Shown here: one piece after another, positions 41,766-51,759 of the stretch
Layout of the letters: the number at the start of each line of letters is the position of its first letter
Numbering within the stretch: the first letter of the stretch is position 1
Source: an uncultured Candidatus Saccharibacteria bacterium
GTDB taxonomy: Bacteria > Patescibacteriota > Saccharimonadia > Saccharimonadales > JALRHH01
Assembly: GCA_964559915.1 (NCBI GenBank)
Contig: CAZLJP010000001.1
Coordinates: 129,510-193,509, forward strand
Length of the DNA stretch: 64,000 nucleotides
Direction: 5' to 3'
Translations under genes and position numbers: made by a program
Notes under the pieces: generated by a model
The model's database searches: none
What the model was told of the DNA's origin: nothing
The model's input: only the letters and a program-made list of their open reading frames with translations

Positions 41766-42227
41766 CTAGTTATCCCTATTTGGGAATAGTGGTATTACAT
41801 TACGAGTATGGTCAAACTTTTCAATAACCTGCTTGGTACGGTCAAGTACTACTACGGGCAAATACGGGTTCACATCTGGATATATTTCCTTTTCCAGGGC
41901 TATATCAACCACCTCGGCGGTTATTCTGTCGGGTACAACTCGACTTGCATCAGCCTTGAGTACCGAGCTAGCAATAATGAGCTCACCCATTAGCACCAAA
42001 TCTTCCTGGCCAAGTCTTACGCCACGGGTCATCGCGTTGACACCCAGCCCAGCCTCGTGGAGAGGCTGATTACGCAGTAATTGCACCACATGATTTTCCG
42101 GTGTCTCTGCAGGCAAGAACACACCTGCACTCTGGCGGAAGAAGTTACCCATATATTCCTGGCCGCGTTTGGCCATGCCAAACGGCACGGTTAATACATT
42201 CCCTCCAAAGGGATATATCTCTCTCAT
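41766..42227 (-). CDS. Hypothetical protein
   Basis: 153-aa ORF with AAAGG SD-like sequence. Confidence 0.65.
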   Translation of the reverse strand: MREIYPFGGNVLTVPFGMAKRGQEYMGNFFRQSAGVFLPAETPENHVVQLLRNQPLHEAGLGVNAMTRGVRLGQEDLVLMGELIIASSVLKADASRVVPDRITAEVVDIALEKEIYPDVNPYLPVVVLDRTKQVIEKFDHTRNVIPLFPNRDN

Positions 42228-42368
42228 ATGTTGCCTTTCTTTACTTGTTGACGCTGCGTCTCAGCCGAATGTGTATCTATCTTGGTAAAGATGCAGGCAA
42301 GTATGCGCTTATGCTTGGCTAATATCTGTCAAAATCATTACAGACTATGAGTAAAAATTGGGCCTAAA

Positions 42369-42962
42369 TTAGTCGGCCATAGAACCAGTTTGCACTTCTC
42401 CGGCTCGCTTGTAGTTAGCAAAGATAACGCCGGTTGGTGTTACGTTGGTCTCTGTTAGCGTAAACGCGGCAGGAATTGTACCTTCAGCAAATAGTTTTTT
42501 GCCATTCCCGAGTATCACGGGGAATGTTTTTAGCCAAAGTTCGTCTACTAAATCGTGTGCGAGCAATGTTTGAATTAGCTTGCCGCTACCATGGACTTGG
42601 ATATCAGAACCTTCTGATTCTTTGAGCTTCTTAATCTCTTCTACGCCTGATAGAAAGACCGTATTTTGCCAATCCGATTCTTTCCTGCTTGTACTTACAA
42701 CGTACTTCTTCACCTCATTGATACTTGGCCATTGGTCAACATGTTTTGGCCAGAAAGGCTCCCAAATATCGAAGGTTTTTCTGCCAAGCAACAAATCTGC
42801 TGGCTGCATTTGTTTTTCCATAATCTTGCCAGCTGCTTCATCAAAATACGGTGCAGTCCAGCCACCGTATTTAAAGTCACCGGATGTATCTTCTTCCGGG
42901 CCACCAGGTGCCTGCATGACACCATCTAAACTGATGAATGATAATACAATTATTTTTCTCAT
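42369..42962 (-). CDS. Dihydrofolate reductase-like (RibD C-terminal domain) protein
   Basis: SLDGVMQAPGG, LLLGRKT, GSG.L, LVDE, PVILG.GK. Confidence 0.9.
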   Translation of the reverse strand: MRKIIVLSFISLDGVMQAPGGPEEDTSGDFKYGGWTAPYFDEAAGKIMEKQMQPADLLLGRKTFDIWEPFWPKHVDQWPSINEVKKYVVSTSRKESDWQNTVFLSGVEEIKKLKESEGSDIQVHGSGKLIQTLLAHDLVDELWLKTFPVILGNGKKLFAEGTIPAAFTLTETNVTPTGVIFANYKRAGEVQTGSMAD

Positions 42963-42977
42963 GTTTCTATTATTATC

Positions 42978-43250
42978 CTAAATTACTAAAATTACTTGAT
43001 AAATATCCCACACAATGTGGCAACAGACGACAACCCCAAGTACTCGTCGGAACAAACTATGGCCGAGCGCTATTTCCAACACTGCCCAGATGAGTATCGA
43101 TACGACGCTGACAACACTGAGCATAGAGCCTGCGCTGCCATCAACAAACTTGTGAGCCAATGATGCAGTCAACCAAATAGCTAGCGGCACATTCGGCCAC
43201 TCAAAAATCACTATCTGTCCTGCTTTATCTGCAAAGAAACGTCGTAACAT
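42978..43250 (-). CDS. Small membrane protein
   Basis: FF.DK.G.IVI.EWPN.PL...FRRVLG; TATACT 6 nt before ATG 43250. Confidence 0.65.
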   Translation of the reverse strand: MLRRFFADKAGQIVIFEWPNVPLAIWLTASLAHKFVDGSAGSMLSVVSVVSILIWAVLEIALGHSLFRRVLGVVVCCHIVWDIYQVILVI

Positions 43251-43327
43251 CTGCCTAGTATAGCGCCTGCTACTACTAAAGTCGTGCTGGGCCCAACCCA
43301 GCCTTATGGCCGGAATCACTATTTCGA

Positions 43328-43708
43328 TTATCCTTCGACCGCCACTTCAAAGCCACCGTATGCCATTTTTTGCATGTCGTTTGGCATTTCAAAATCAGTA
43401 GCATCTGCATAAGCTTCACTCATTTCGGCCATAACCTTTGCGTTTACTTCATCGCGATGCTCTTTTGAGTTGAAAACTATAAATGAAAACCATACGTTGT
43501 CATCTTCACCCGCACCAGCCATTTCTTTATAAGCTCGCGATTTTTGGTCACCCATTTCCTGCTGCTTCAGGTCATCGCCCCTACACTCAAAGTATTGCAG
43601 TGCACCATGCTTCATCCATGAATCACGCCCCATTTCTGCCATTTTCTGGTATTCAGCTTCTTTTCCTTTGGGTATTACTAGTACAAATCCATCAACATAT
43701 TTAGCCAT
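43328..43708 (-). CDS. DUF1428 (YbaA-like) protein
   Basis: YVDGFV..IP, HGAL.Y.EC..DD, HRDEVNAKVM, M.YGGF. Confidence 0.88.
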   Translation of the reverse strand: MAKYVDGFVLVIPKGKEAEYQKMAEMGRDSWMKHGALQYFECRGDDLKQQEMGDQKSRAYKEMAGAGEDDNVWFSFIVFNSKEHRDEVNAKVMAEMSEAYADATDFEMPNDMQKMAYGGFEVAVEG

Positions 43709-43800
43709 TTTATGCCCCTTTTTCGTTATGTTTATCTTCTAATTTTAAGTCTCTTACGAGCTAACAGCAATAAAAAGAACGCCGAAGCGTTCAAATTGAC

Positions 43801-44253
43801 CTATTTTAGTTCTTCTGCCAATCCAATGAGGATTTGCTCGGGACCACGCATATAGCACAGACGATATGTGTCTTCATACTGGACTATTTCTCCGACAAGC
43901 TTCGCACCGTGCTTCTGCAGCCTGGACACTGTGTCATCAATATCTATTACTGTGAACATACTGCGCAGATAACCAAGAGCATTGACTGGCGCGCTGCGAT
44001 GATCAGCAACTGGCGACGGCGCCAGATAACGACAGAGTTCTAGTCTGCTGTGCCCATCGGGTGTGACCATCATGGCAATCTCAACACGCTGGCCATCTAA
44101 CCCAGTGACACGACCAGACCATTCACCTTCAAGTACTGCACGGCCCTCAAGCTTCAGACCAAGCTCTGTAAAAAAAGATACGACTTCATCCAGTGATTCA
44201 ACGACTATGCCAACGTTGTCCATTCTTTTTAGGTTAGATTGGTTTGGTTCCAT
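43801..44253 (-). CDS. VOC/glyoxalase family protein
   Basis: MDNVGIVV, FTELGL, SRLEL, YRLCY.RGPE; start moved to ATG 44253. Confidence 0.88.
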   Translation of the reverse strand: MEPNQSNLKRMDNVGIVVESLDEVVSFFTELGLKLEGRAVLEGEWSGRVTGLDGQRVEIAMMVTPDGHSRLELCRYLAPSPVADHRSAPVNALGYLRSMFTVIDIDDTVSRLQKHGAKLVGEIVQYEDTYRLCYMRGPEQILIGLAEELK

Positions 44254-44310
44254 ATGCTCTATTCTAGCACTTAACATCTTTGGGGTTAACGCCCCTGTTT
44301 GGGCACAAAG

Positions 44311-44439
44311 AAAACACCGAGTTGCTCGACGTTTTACATAGGTCATTATCAAAAATGCAAATTGGTGTGGGCAAGGAGACTCGAGGCTCCCGGCCGATGG
44401 CGGTGGGAGCATCCTGGCCAGTTAATTATTTTTGAAGAG
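44311..44439 (-). repeat. tRNA-Gly-linked element, distal copy
   Basis: 44363-44439 matches 45436-45512 at 70 of 77 nt; shared terminator-like hairpin at 44311-44338. Confidence 0.88.
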
Positions 44440-44482
44440 ACGAGCAATTTGACCTTGCAGGCGATTTACTTGATCAATAGAT

Positions 44483-45334
44483 TTAAATGCAAGAATGATT
44501 GAAATCTAGATTTTTCTGAACATACTGTGTAAGCCAAATTGTGCCGCCAGCAGTTAGCGATGGTACAGTACAGTTATCTTTTGCATTCGCAAGGCTCGCA
44601 CCACTTGGTCGCCAGTTAGGCAGTCCAATGAGGTTACCGCTTGTGACTTGCGTAGTACCAACAATTTGCTCCCACTGAGACTTGGTAGAATATAGGCCAA
44701 CCGTTGCGCTCTTTGACTGATAGTATGCTGCAAAACCCTCTATTGCTGCTTTGTTGAGAGCTAGCCCACTGCCAGTCTGCCAAGAATTCATAGTTTCTAC
44801 ATCAAGCCACCACGTGTACTTGCTTGTGTCCGTACCAATCCCCGCAGCCTGTGCTCTGCTGACAAAGTATGCTTCTGTTTCAACTGAACGGTTCCAGCCG
44901 TACTGCCAAGAACAAGCTTCATTATTGTTTCTCACACCAGCACATGCACCGTAAGGAGTGGCACCAGTAGTCGGCCAGTTATTCCAGTTGTAGGCAGTAT
45001 CTTGTGCTGGGTTGGCGGTATTTACATACACCTGTACTTTTGGCTGCTTTGAGTTTGTATCAGCTTTAGCACTATTAGCCCACGCAAGCTGTTGGGTTAA
45101 ACACGTGTTGTATGAGGCTGCTGTACCACCGTTTACGCCCACAATACCAAAGTAATGGTCAGTTGGTAGCTTCTTGCCACACTGCGGGTAAGATACGTCG
45201 TAACCAACGTATTCAACTGTTGGAGTTGGACTAGGACTCCCCCCTCCGCCTACAGGTTTAGCTGCAAATGCCACAGATGGGACGAGCAAGACTGCAACAA
45301 ATGATACTGATACAAGGGATAATAATTTCTTCAT
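44483..45334 (-). CDS. Secreted GH25-like (lysozyme/muramidase-like TIM barrel) hydrolase
   Basis: Signal peptide; GYDVSYPQ, WWLDVE and GLYST...W resemble GH25 catalytic motifs. Confidence 0.7.
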   Translation of the reverse strand: MKKLLSLVSVSFVAVLLVPSVAFAAKPVGGGGSPSPTPTVEYVGYDVSYPQCGKKLPTDHYFGIVGVNGGTAASYNTCLTQQLAWANSAKADTNSKQPKVQVYVNTANPAQDTAYNWNNWPTTGATPYGACAGVRNNNEACSWQYGWNRSVETEAYFVSRAQAAGIGTDTSKYTWWLDVETMNSWQTGSGLALNKAAIEGFAAYYQSKSATVGLYSTKSQWEQIVGTTQVTSGNLIGLPNWRPSGASLANAKDNCTVPSLTAGGTIWLTQYVQKNLDFNHSCI

Positions 45335-45385
45335 AAACAAATTATAACAGATTAGGCAGTGCGAGTCCTTTGTGGGTTGAATTAA

Positions 45386-45530
45386 AAAACACCAATTTGC
45401 TCGGTGTTTTACAGGCATAGATTTTACGAAATCATTGGTGCGGGCAAGGAGACTCAAGGCTCCCGACCGCAAGCGGTGGTAGCATCCTGGCCAGTTAATT
45501 ATTTTTGAAGAGGCCAGGAGTTTGAATCTG
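45386..45530 (-). repeat. tRNA-Gly-linked element, proximal copy
   Basis: 22-nt copy of the tRNA 3' end, hairpin inserted at the T-loop, TCCTGGCC, then inverted GAAGAGGCCAGGAGTTTGA. Confidence 0.88.
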
Positions 45531-45574
45531 GCTCAAACCAAGCAAAAACCCGGATTCTCATCCGGGTCTTGGCT

Positions 45575-45650
45575 TGGTGCGGGCAAGGAGACTCAAACTC
45601 CTGGCCTCTTCCTTGGCAAGGAAGCGCTCTATCAACTGAGCTATGCCCGC
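45575..45650 (-). tRNA. tRNA-Gly(GCC)
   Basis: GCGGGCA acceptor, GCC anticodon, T-loop TTTGAGT, CCA. Confidence 0.94.
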
Positions 45651-45743
45651 ATGTCTTGATACAATTGTTAATTTGTATAACCCCAACGATTATAATCGAC
45701 AGGGGTCGGTTTATCAAGTAACTTCGTAGTACAATATTGGTAT

Positions 45744-46526
45744 ATGGCACAAACTTCCCTCCCCGTTAAGATTGATAGAGGCACAGGTACTCCGATGGTT
45801 CTGCTACATGGACTTGGCAATAATCACAAAAGCTGGTCGTTTGTATTGGATAATTTAGATGGCTCATCACACCGCATCATTGTGCCTGATTTATTAGGAT
45901 TTGGCGACGCGCCCAAGCCCAAGAACAAGGCATATTCCCAGCAAGACCACGCTGAAGCAGTTATAAAAACTCTTGATCAGCTTGACGTGAAAAACGCCAT
46001 TATTGCCGGACATTCCATGGGCTGCATCATTGCTTTGGAAGTTGCAAAGCAGAGGCCAGACTTGGTGCGTCAGCTTGCGCTGTTTGGAGCACCAATCTAT
46101 GAAAAACTGCCAACAAGTAGCTGGGTGTCACGGCTGAATCGCTCAGAAGGAATGTACTTTTCGATTTTTTCTATTGTCCAGAAAAATCCGGACGCTGTGC
46201 AAGCAGGCGGTAAGATCGCTGATGAGATTATACCCCTCGTAAAGGGTATGGAAATTACTGAGGAGACATGGCCGGCGTACAAAAAGAGTCTTGAGCATAC
46301 CATTATGCAATTTGACACTTTCAAAGATGCAAGCCAGATCAAAGTTCCAACGCTTTTCGTAAACGGTGTATTAGATTTCTTTATTATCCGCAAGAACATC
46401 AAAAAAATCGCGCAAAAGAATCAAAAGTACATAAAGATTAGAACCGTCCTTGGACCACATGAAATCACACCGCTGCAGGGAAAGCGAATTGCGAAGATAC
46501 TTACTAGCCAATTAAGACTAAGGTAA
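45744..46526 (+). CDS. Alpha/beta hydrolase
   Basis: LLHGLG, DLLGFG, GHSMG. Confidence 0.9.
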   Translation: MAQTSLPVKIDRGTGTPMVLLHGLGNNHKSWSFVLDNLDGSSHRIIVPDLLGFGDAPKPKNKAYSQQDHAEAVIKTLDQLDVKNAIIAGHSMGCIIALEVAKQRPDLVRQLALFGAPIYEKLPTSSWVSRLNRSEGMYFSIFSIVQKNPDAVQAGGKIADEIIPLVKGMEITEETWPAYKKSLEHTIMQFDTFKDASQIKVPTLFVNGVLDFFIIRKNIKKIAQKNQKYIKIRTVLGPHEITPLQGKRIAKILTSQLRLR

Positions 46527-46642
46527 TAGCCTCAGCTAACGCTGTTCACCAAACTGGTAATTCACGTTGCTCTCGCATCCAGTTCTCGTCTGGGGCCCTC
46601 CAGCCAAGAAAAATGGATCACGCTTCGGTGATCCATTTTTCT

Positions 46643-46718
46643 TGGTGGCTCCTCCCAGACTCGAACTGGGGACACACGGAGCTTCAATCCGATGCTCTAC
46701 CAACTGAGCTAAAGAGCC
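46643..46718 (-). tRNA. tRNA-Phe(GAA)
   Basis: Cloverleaf, GAA anticodon, GTTCGAGTC, CCA; terminator at 46606-46644. Confidence 0.95.
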
Positions 46719-46775
46719 ACGCGCCTAGTAACCCCGGTATTTTACGGGAATTACTAGTGTTTTTCAAGGGTAGGG

Positions 46776-47537
46776 CTAGATGTTTTCTTTGGTCATGAAC
46801 TTCTTGACGCTATCGACCGTGTCCATAAACTGGCTTGGGAAGATAATTGTACTGTTTTTCTCGACAGCAATCTCGCTCAATACTTGCAGGTTACGAAGTT
46901 GTAATGCAATTGGGTGCTTACTGATGACATCAGCGGCTTCACCAAGCTTAACGGCACTCAGCGCTTCACCTTCGGCGGCAATAATCTTGGCACGCTTCTC
47001 TCGTTCTGCCTCAGCTTGCTTGGCCATGGCACGTTGCATGCTATCTGGCAGTTGAATATCCTTGAGTTCTACAGTGCTCACATAGACACCCCATTTCTCT
47101 GTAGCAACATCTAGAATGGCCTTGATTGCTTCGTTAATCTTCAGAGTCTGGCTTAGCACTTCATCCAGTGAATTTTGGCCAACGATATTACGTATGGTGG
47201 TCTGGGCGATTTGGTATGTTGCTGAGACAACGTTCTGAATCTCTACAACTGACTTAATTGGGTCTTGAACCTGGTAGAAAGCAACGGCTGCAACATCAAT
47301 AGAAACATTGTCTTTGGTAATAATCTTCTGGCTGTCGACCGGTAGTGCCACAATCTGCATATTGACCTTACGCATCTGGTCAACAATCGGAATGATAAAC
47401 CGAAGTCCGGGTTCTTTGATGCCTGGACGCATTTTACCTAGACGGAACACGACGCCACGCTCGTACTGGTTCACAATCCGTACGCCGTTAGCAATGATGA
47501 TAATCGCAATGAACAATAAGAAAACTGTAAACCCCAT
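46776..47537 (-). CDS. SPFH/stomatin (slipin) family protein
   Basis: [36 protein letters not shown]. Confidence 0.93.
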   Translation of the reverse strand: MGFTVFLLFIAIIIIANGVRIVNQYERGVVFRLGKMRPGIKEPGLRFIIPIVDQMRKVNMQIVALPVDSQKIITKDNVSIDVAAVAFYQVQDPIKSVVEIQNVVSATYQIAQTTIRNIVGQNSLDEVLSQTLKINEAIKAILDVATEKWGVYVSTVELKDIQLPDSMQRAMAKQAEAEREKRAKIIAAEGEALSAVKLGEAADVISKHPIALQLRNLQVLSEIAVEKNSTIIFPSQFMDTVDSVKKFMTKENI

Positions 47538-47652
47538 GAGATGCTCCTTAGTTATGTCTTCATTGTACGAGCAGTAAGTGTGGTTGGCAATCTCGAGTGT
47601 TCAGAGATGAGCCTCTGACATATAAAAAACTCCCTCACGGGAGTTCTTTATA

Positions 47653-47729
47653 TGGTGGGTGATGAGGGATTCGAACCCCCGACCCTCTCGGTGTAAACGA
47701 GATGCTCTAGCCAACTGAGCTAATCACCC
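47653..47729 (-). tRNA. tRNA-Val(TAC)
   Basis: GGGTGAT acceptor, TAC anticodon, CCA. Confidence 0.96.
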
Positions 47730-47740
47730 GGGTATGGAAT

Positions 47741-47825
47741 TGGTGCGCGAGAGAGGACTTGAACCTCCACACCTTGCGGCACTACCACCTCAAGGTAGCG
47801 TGTATACCAATTTCACCACTCGCGC
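47741..47825 (-). tRNA. tRNA-Leu(GAG)
   Basis: Long variable arm, GAG anticodon, GTTCAAGTC, CCA. Confidence 0.95.
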
Positions 47826-47885
47826 GCGGCAAGACTCAGTTATTCTACGCATTTTACAGAGAAAAATCAACCTGTTAGAGCTACC

Positions 47886-49523
47886 TTAGGTGCGGGGCAT
47901 GTGCTGGTACAAGTGGTCGAGTGAATATTCATCGCGGAGCACCGCTTTGACATCATCCATGGTAACGTTCATTTTCACACCCGTATTCAGAGTATTGTAG
48001 GGGTCAAAAATCTGTTTTACCTTACTAAACAGAGCATATACTTCTGGGCCGTAGAGTTTCTCTAGGTAGGCGCCACGCAGGCGGCCATCGTTGTGCTCAC
48101 CACTAGTACTACCACCCAGACTGACTACCAACTCATAGTAATCATCCATCAACTTGAACAGCATTTGCCTATCGGCTACTTGGCTCAAATCTAGGAATGG
48201 CTGGATATGCAGGTTTGCATCACCGGCATGGCCCCAGACTGCTGCCTGCAGATTGTGGCGCTTAAACAATTCGTAAATACCGTTGATATAGTCTTTGAAC
48301 CTATCGACGGGCACAATGCCATCTTCAATAATTGGTAGCGCTCTGGCCTGCTCTTCTGAATACGACACGATTGCCGTGGCACTGTGACGGACCTTCCATA
48401 GCTCATCACGACCCTTCGGATCAGTCTCTAATTGGTACTTTAAATCATGTTTTTCTAGTATCTTTACGGCTTTCTTGGCCATGCGCTTCTGGGTACGCTC
48501 AGACAAATCGTCAAACTCTATCAGCAGGACTAATTCAGGGAATGGTGCCGTCAAAACACCTTTGAGCTGATTAGGATTATGGCGTTGCACAAAATCTAGC
48601 AAATGTTTGTCGACAATCTCGAGACTACTTGGCTTTTCGGGCAGCTTGCGCAGTTCGGCCAGGACTTCCTGGGCAACCGTCATATTATCAATCAACGCCG
48701 CAATCAATGTGGTATTGGGGTTGTGCGGCTCCGTAGCAAGTGTAGCTTCGGTTACCACACCCAACGTACCCTGAGAACCAACAATCAGCGGAGTTAGGTC
48801 AAATGAGCCGTCCTTACGCTTCACACTGGCCAGGGCATAGCCGGCAGCATTCTTGGTGGTTTCGATGGATATACTTTTAAGTAATTGCTGGTTTTCCTCA
48901 ATCAGCGTATCCAAATTGCGGTATAGTTCGCCTTCGAAGTTAGCCAGGCCCAGTTTCTTGCTAAGCTCACGCTTGGACAAGCGACGGGTTTCAATAACCT
49001 CACCATTTGCCAATACCACACGCAAGCTCCGTACAAAATCACGTGTAGCGCCATACTTAACAGTCTTTTCACCACTGGCGTTGTTAGCAATTGCACCACC
49101 AACAGTTGAGTATTCTAATGAGGCTGGGAACGGTGGTAAAAAGCGGTTATGAGTATGCAATGTTTGCTGCAGCTTGCCGTAGTTAATACCTGGTTCTATG
49201 GTGACAAGGCCAGATTTACCATCAAATTCTAATACACGGTTAAGATGAGCCGGAAATGACATAATAATGCCGGGCCCAATAGCCGCGCCAGTCAGATCAG
49301 TACCAGCGCCACGAGCCGTCAATGGTATGACGCGCCCACGCTCCGCTAGCTGCCAGGTGAACCGAGTAGTCTTACGAACATCATTCTCATTACGGGGGTA
49401 CACCACAATAGCTGGTGGTATCTTGAACACACTGGCGTCGGTAGAGAAGTAACGACGAGCGTCGGCTCCGGTCATAACCTCGCCAACTAAATGTTCCTGC
49501 AGATAATGCGCAGCTTTATTCAT
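47886..49523 (-). CDS. FAD-linked oxidoreductase (GlcD/D-lactate dehydrogenase-like), second paralog
   Basis: FSTDAS, RGAGT..TG, GSQGTLG, GHAGDANLH, SGEHNDG. Confidence 0.9.
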   Translation of the reverse strand: MNKAAHYLQEHLVGEVMTGADARRYFSTDASVFKIPPAIVVYPRNENDVRKTTRFTWQLAERGRVIPLTARGAGTDLTGAAIGPGIIMSFPAHLNRVLEFDGKSGLVTIEPGINYGKLQQTLHTHNRFLPPFPASLEYSTVGGAIANNASGEKTVKYGATRDFVRSLRVVLANGEVIETRRLSKRELSKKLGLANFEGELYRNLDTLIEENQQLLKSISIETTKNAAGYALASVKRKDGSFDLTPLIVGSQGTLGVVTEATLATEPHNPNTTLIAALIDNMTVAQEVLAELRKLPEKPSSLEIVDKHLLDFVQRHNPNQLKGVLTAPFPELVLLIEFDDLSERTQKRMAKKAVKILEKHDLKYQLETDPKGRDELWKVRHSATAIVSYSEEQARALPIIEDGIVPVDRFKDYINGIYELFKRHNLQAAVWGHAGDANLHIQPFLDLSQVADRQMLFKLMDDYYELVVSLGGSTSGEHNDGRLRGAYLEKLYGPEVYALFSKVKQIFDPYNTLNTGVKMNVTMDDVKAVLRDEYSLDHLYQHMPRT

Positions 49524-49646
49524 CTTCTGTAAACCTCTTAATCAAAGCATTAGCAACTAACAGTTATGATAGCACAAAGCGACAGGCCTTGTCCGAGCAT
49601 TGCTTTTTATCTGTAGAATTCGTACAATACCGGGGTTATTTACCAA

Positions 49647-49733
<87 letters not shown>

Positions 49734-49878
49734 GCTCATGAACCGGTCCTTGCGACCGGTTTTTGAGTTGGTCTGAAAGTCTTGAACCCCAAAAAGTGGA
49801 GGTGAGAGTAACAGGCCCTATGTTTGTATGCGCACCAGAGCTTAATCTTAGGTATTGGATGAGGTGCTATAGGGGCTG

Positions 49879-50289
49879 CTAAATGACAAGCGGGAAACTT
49901 CTAATAAAGTCAGCTAGTTGATTTTCATTTTCACTCAAATCTACAAGAATCCAATTCTCTAAAACACCGAGCTCGACTAAGACTGCTCGCTCGTCACTAA
50001 ATAGATCATCCTCAAAGACTAAGAATGGTTCACTGAAATCTATGCCTTCGGTTTTAGCGACCGTCCAGTCGGTGGCTTCTATTTGTTTCATGTATTCTAT
50101 GGTTTCAGGCTTAAAGAGATATCCTACATGCTCTATGGGTGTCATAGGGTCACCGTGACAGTGAGTGGTGAGCCACTTGGTCCTGTAGTTACTCACAACG
50201 TATTTAATAAACTCATCTGCATAGTTTGCTGCATTATTCTCATTGACGAGTAACACCCCGTCAATATCAAGATATACCGTAGGTTTCAT
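49879..50289 (-). CDS. HAD-like domain protein
   Basis: N-terminal VYLDIDGVL and C-terminal FEDD. Confidence 0.7.
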   Translation of the reverse strand: MKPTVYLDIDGVLLVNENNAANYADEFIKYVVSNYRTKWLTTHCHGDPMTPIEHVGYLFKPETIEYMKQIEATDWTVAKTEGIDFSEPFLVFEDDLFSDERAVLVELGVLENWILVDLSENENQLADFIRSFPLVI

Positions 50290-50346
50290 GAGCTTATATA
50301 GTTACATATTATTGTTTGACTGCAAATAGCTTATAATCTTTAACAA

Positions 50347-50505
50347 GTCGCTTACGCGACCTACATCCTAGAGCCAGCCGCAAGGAAAGGTATGGAAATC
50401 AAATCAACAGAAAGAGACAGCTCGTCATGGGTACTTCTTTCTGTTGTCATTGCTGGAAACGGTGATGGGTGGCCGAAAGGTTGCCGCTCGTGGCGAGCTT
50501 TTTGT
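50347..50505 (+). ncRNA. Candidate structured RNA (GNRA hairpins and pseudoknot)
   Basis: Several consecutive hairpins, three GNRA loops, 9-bp loop-to-3' pairing; TATAAT just upstream. Confidence 0.55.
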
Positions 50506-50536
50506 TTGCCGAATACAAACTTAGAAGGGTAATATT

Positions 50537-50989
50537 ATGGGTTTATTTGGCAAGAAGAAAGACAATTTTACGGTTAATGTCACTCGCACAGCAACAGGAA
50601 AAGGCTACATAGTTAGATCAACTGTCGATTACCGACTCAGGACCCCCGCAGACGTCGGTAGACTAATAGATGACTTAGACGATAAGACGGTGCAGGAACT
50701 TCCTGAAGCGGCTGCCGCCGGCATGATTTACAGCTACTGCACGATTAAATATGCTGACCCAACAATCTCTAACGAGGACGCACTCTTGAAGATGCTGGAA
50801 GAAAGCGGATATGCCAAGCGCGAAGTTAATGACTTGAATGTTATGAATACAGGTTCCCTAGTTGACCTTATTAACTACAACCTCCAATATCACGCTAAAG
50901 ACTATATCTTTAACCTCGAAGAAGTTAAGGGTTTCTATGAAAACCTATGTATGACTTCACCTATTTTTAGGAATATAGAGATTAATTAG
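50537..50989 (+). CDS. Hypothetical protein
   Basis: 150-aa ORF starting MGLFGKKK. Confidence 0.65.
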   Translation: MGLFGKKKDNFTVNVTRTATGKGYIVRSTVDYRLRTPADVGRLIDDLDDKTVQELPEAAAAGMIYSYCTIKYADPTISNEDALLKMLEESGYAKREVNDLNVMNTGSLVDLINYNLQYHAKDYIFNLEEVKGFYENLCMTSPIFRNIEIN

Positions 50990-50994
50990 ACAGT

Positions 50995-51117
50995 GTGTCT
51001 GAACTAAAAAATGAACTCAGTGAAGAAAATATAAAGGCATGGGCTGAATACTTCATGCTACTTGCCGAAATTGATATGAAAAACAAGTTACAGGAACAAA
51101 AAGACAATATTGTATAA
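50995..51117 (+). CDS. Small hypothetical protein (40 aa, MSELKNELSEENIKAWAEYFMLLAEIDMKNK...)
   Basis: GTG start 5 nt after the upstream stop; amphipathic helix. Confidence 0.35.
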   Translation: MSELKNELSEENIKAWAEYFMLLAEIDMKNKLQEQKDNIV

Positions 51118-51282
51118 TATATTTTTAACAGGGGTGGAAAATCAAGCGTAAACATTTGACAACAGGATTTGTCGTTAAATACTTGCCCCGACCCCTGTTG
51201 GGTCGTGACTCACAATCGACTTGTGCGACACACGTTTCACTAGCATGATCAGTAACAGAGGTGGTAATGCTATAATTAGGTT

Positions 51283-51759
51283 ATGAGTATTGAAACCATA
51301 GGTGTTATAGGTTCGTTGGTACTTGGAGTGGCAGGTTTTGGCTTTGGCGTGTACCAATATGCTGACAAGAAAAAGAGTCAGAAAATTAAGTTGCGAGTTA
51401 AGTTTGAGAGCGGTGTATTGACGTACCATAGCGGCAATCTGAGTGAGCCAATGCTTTTCATTAAAGCAGCTAACATTGGCGATAGGTCGGTCACTCTGAA
51501 CGCCCCACACATAAACGTGAAACATAGCGACGGTGGTTCGTTATTTACAGAATATGGGGCATATCAAACTTTGCCATATACTCTTGAGTCAGGCGATAGT
51601 TTGGTGGTTTGGTACGAGATTAAGCCTATTGCCAAAGCGCTCAAACGACATGGTCTAGCAGGCAAGGTTAAGTTAGGGGGCTATTACACAAGTCAGGTGG
51701 GTGATGAGTTTAAGGCGAAGCCCTATACGCTTGACGTAGACGACTGGTCAAAGGACTAA
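51283..51759 (+). CDS. Hypothetical protein with N-terminal TM
   Basis: TGnTATAAT 6 nt before ATG. Confidence 0.7.
   Translation: MSIETIGVIGSLVLGVAGFGFGVYQYADKKKSQKIKLRVKFESGVLTYHSGNLSEPMLFIKAANIGDRSVTLNAPHINVKHSDGGSLFTEYGAYQTLPYTLESGDSLVVWYEIKPIAKALKRHGLAGKVKLGGYYTSQVGDEFKAKPYTLDVDDWSKD

Noticed and set aside
50370-50392. CCGCAAGGAAAGG as SRP RNA domain IV
   Set aside because: It lacks the CAGG...GGAAGCAG symmetric loop and the long SRP hairpin.
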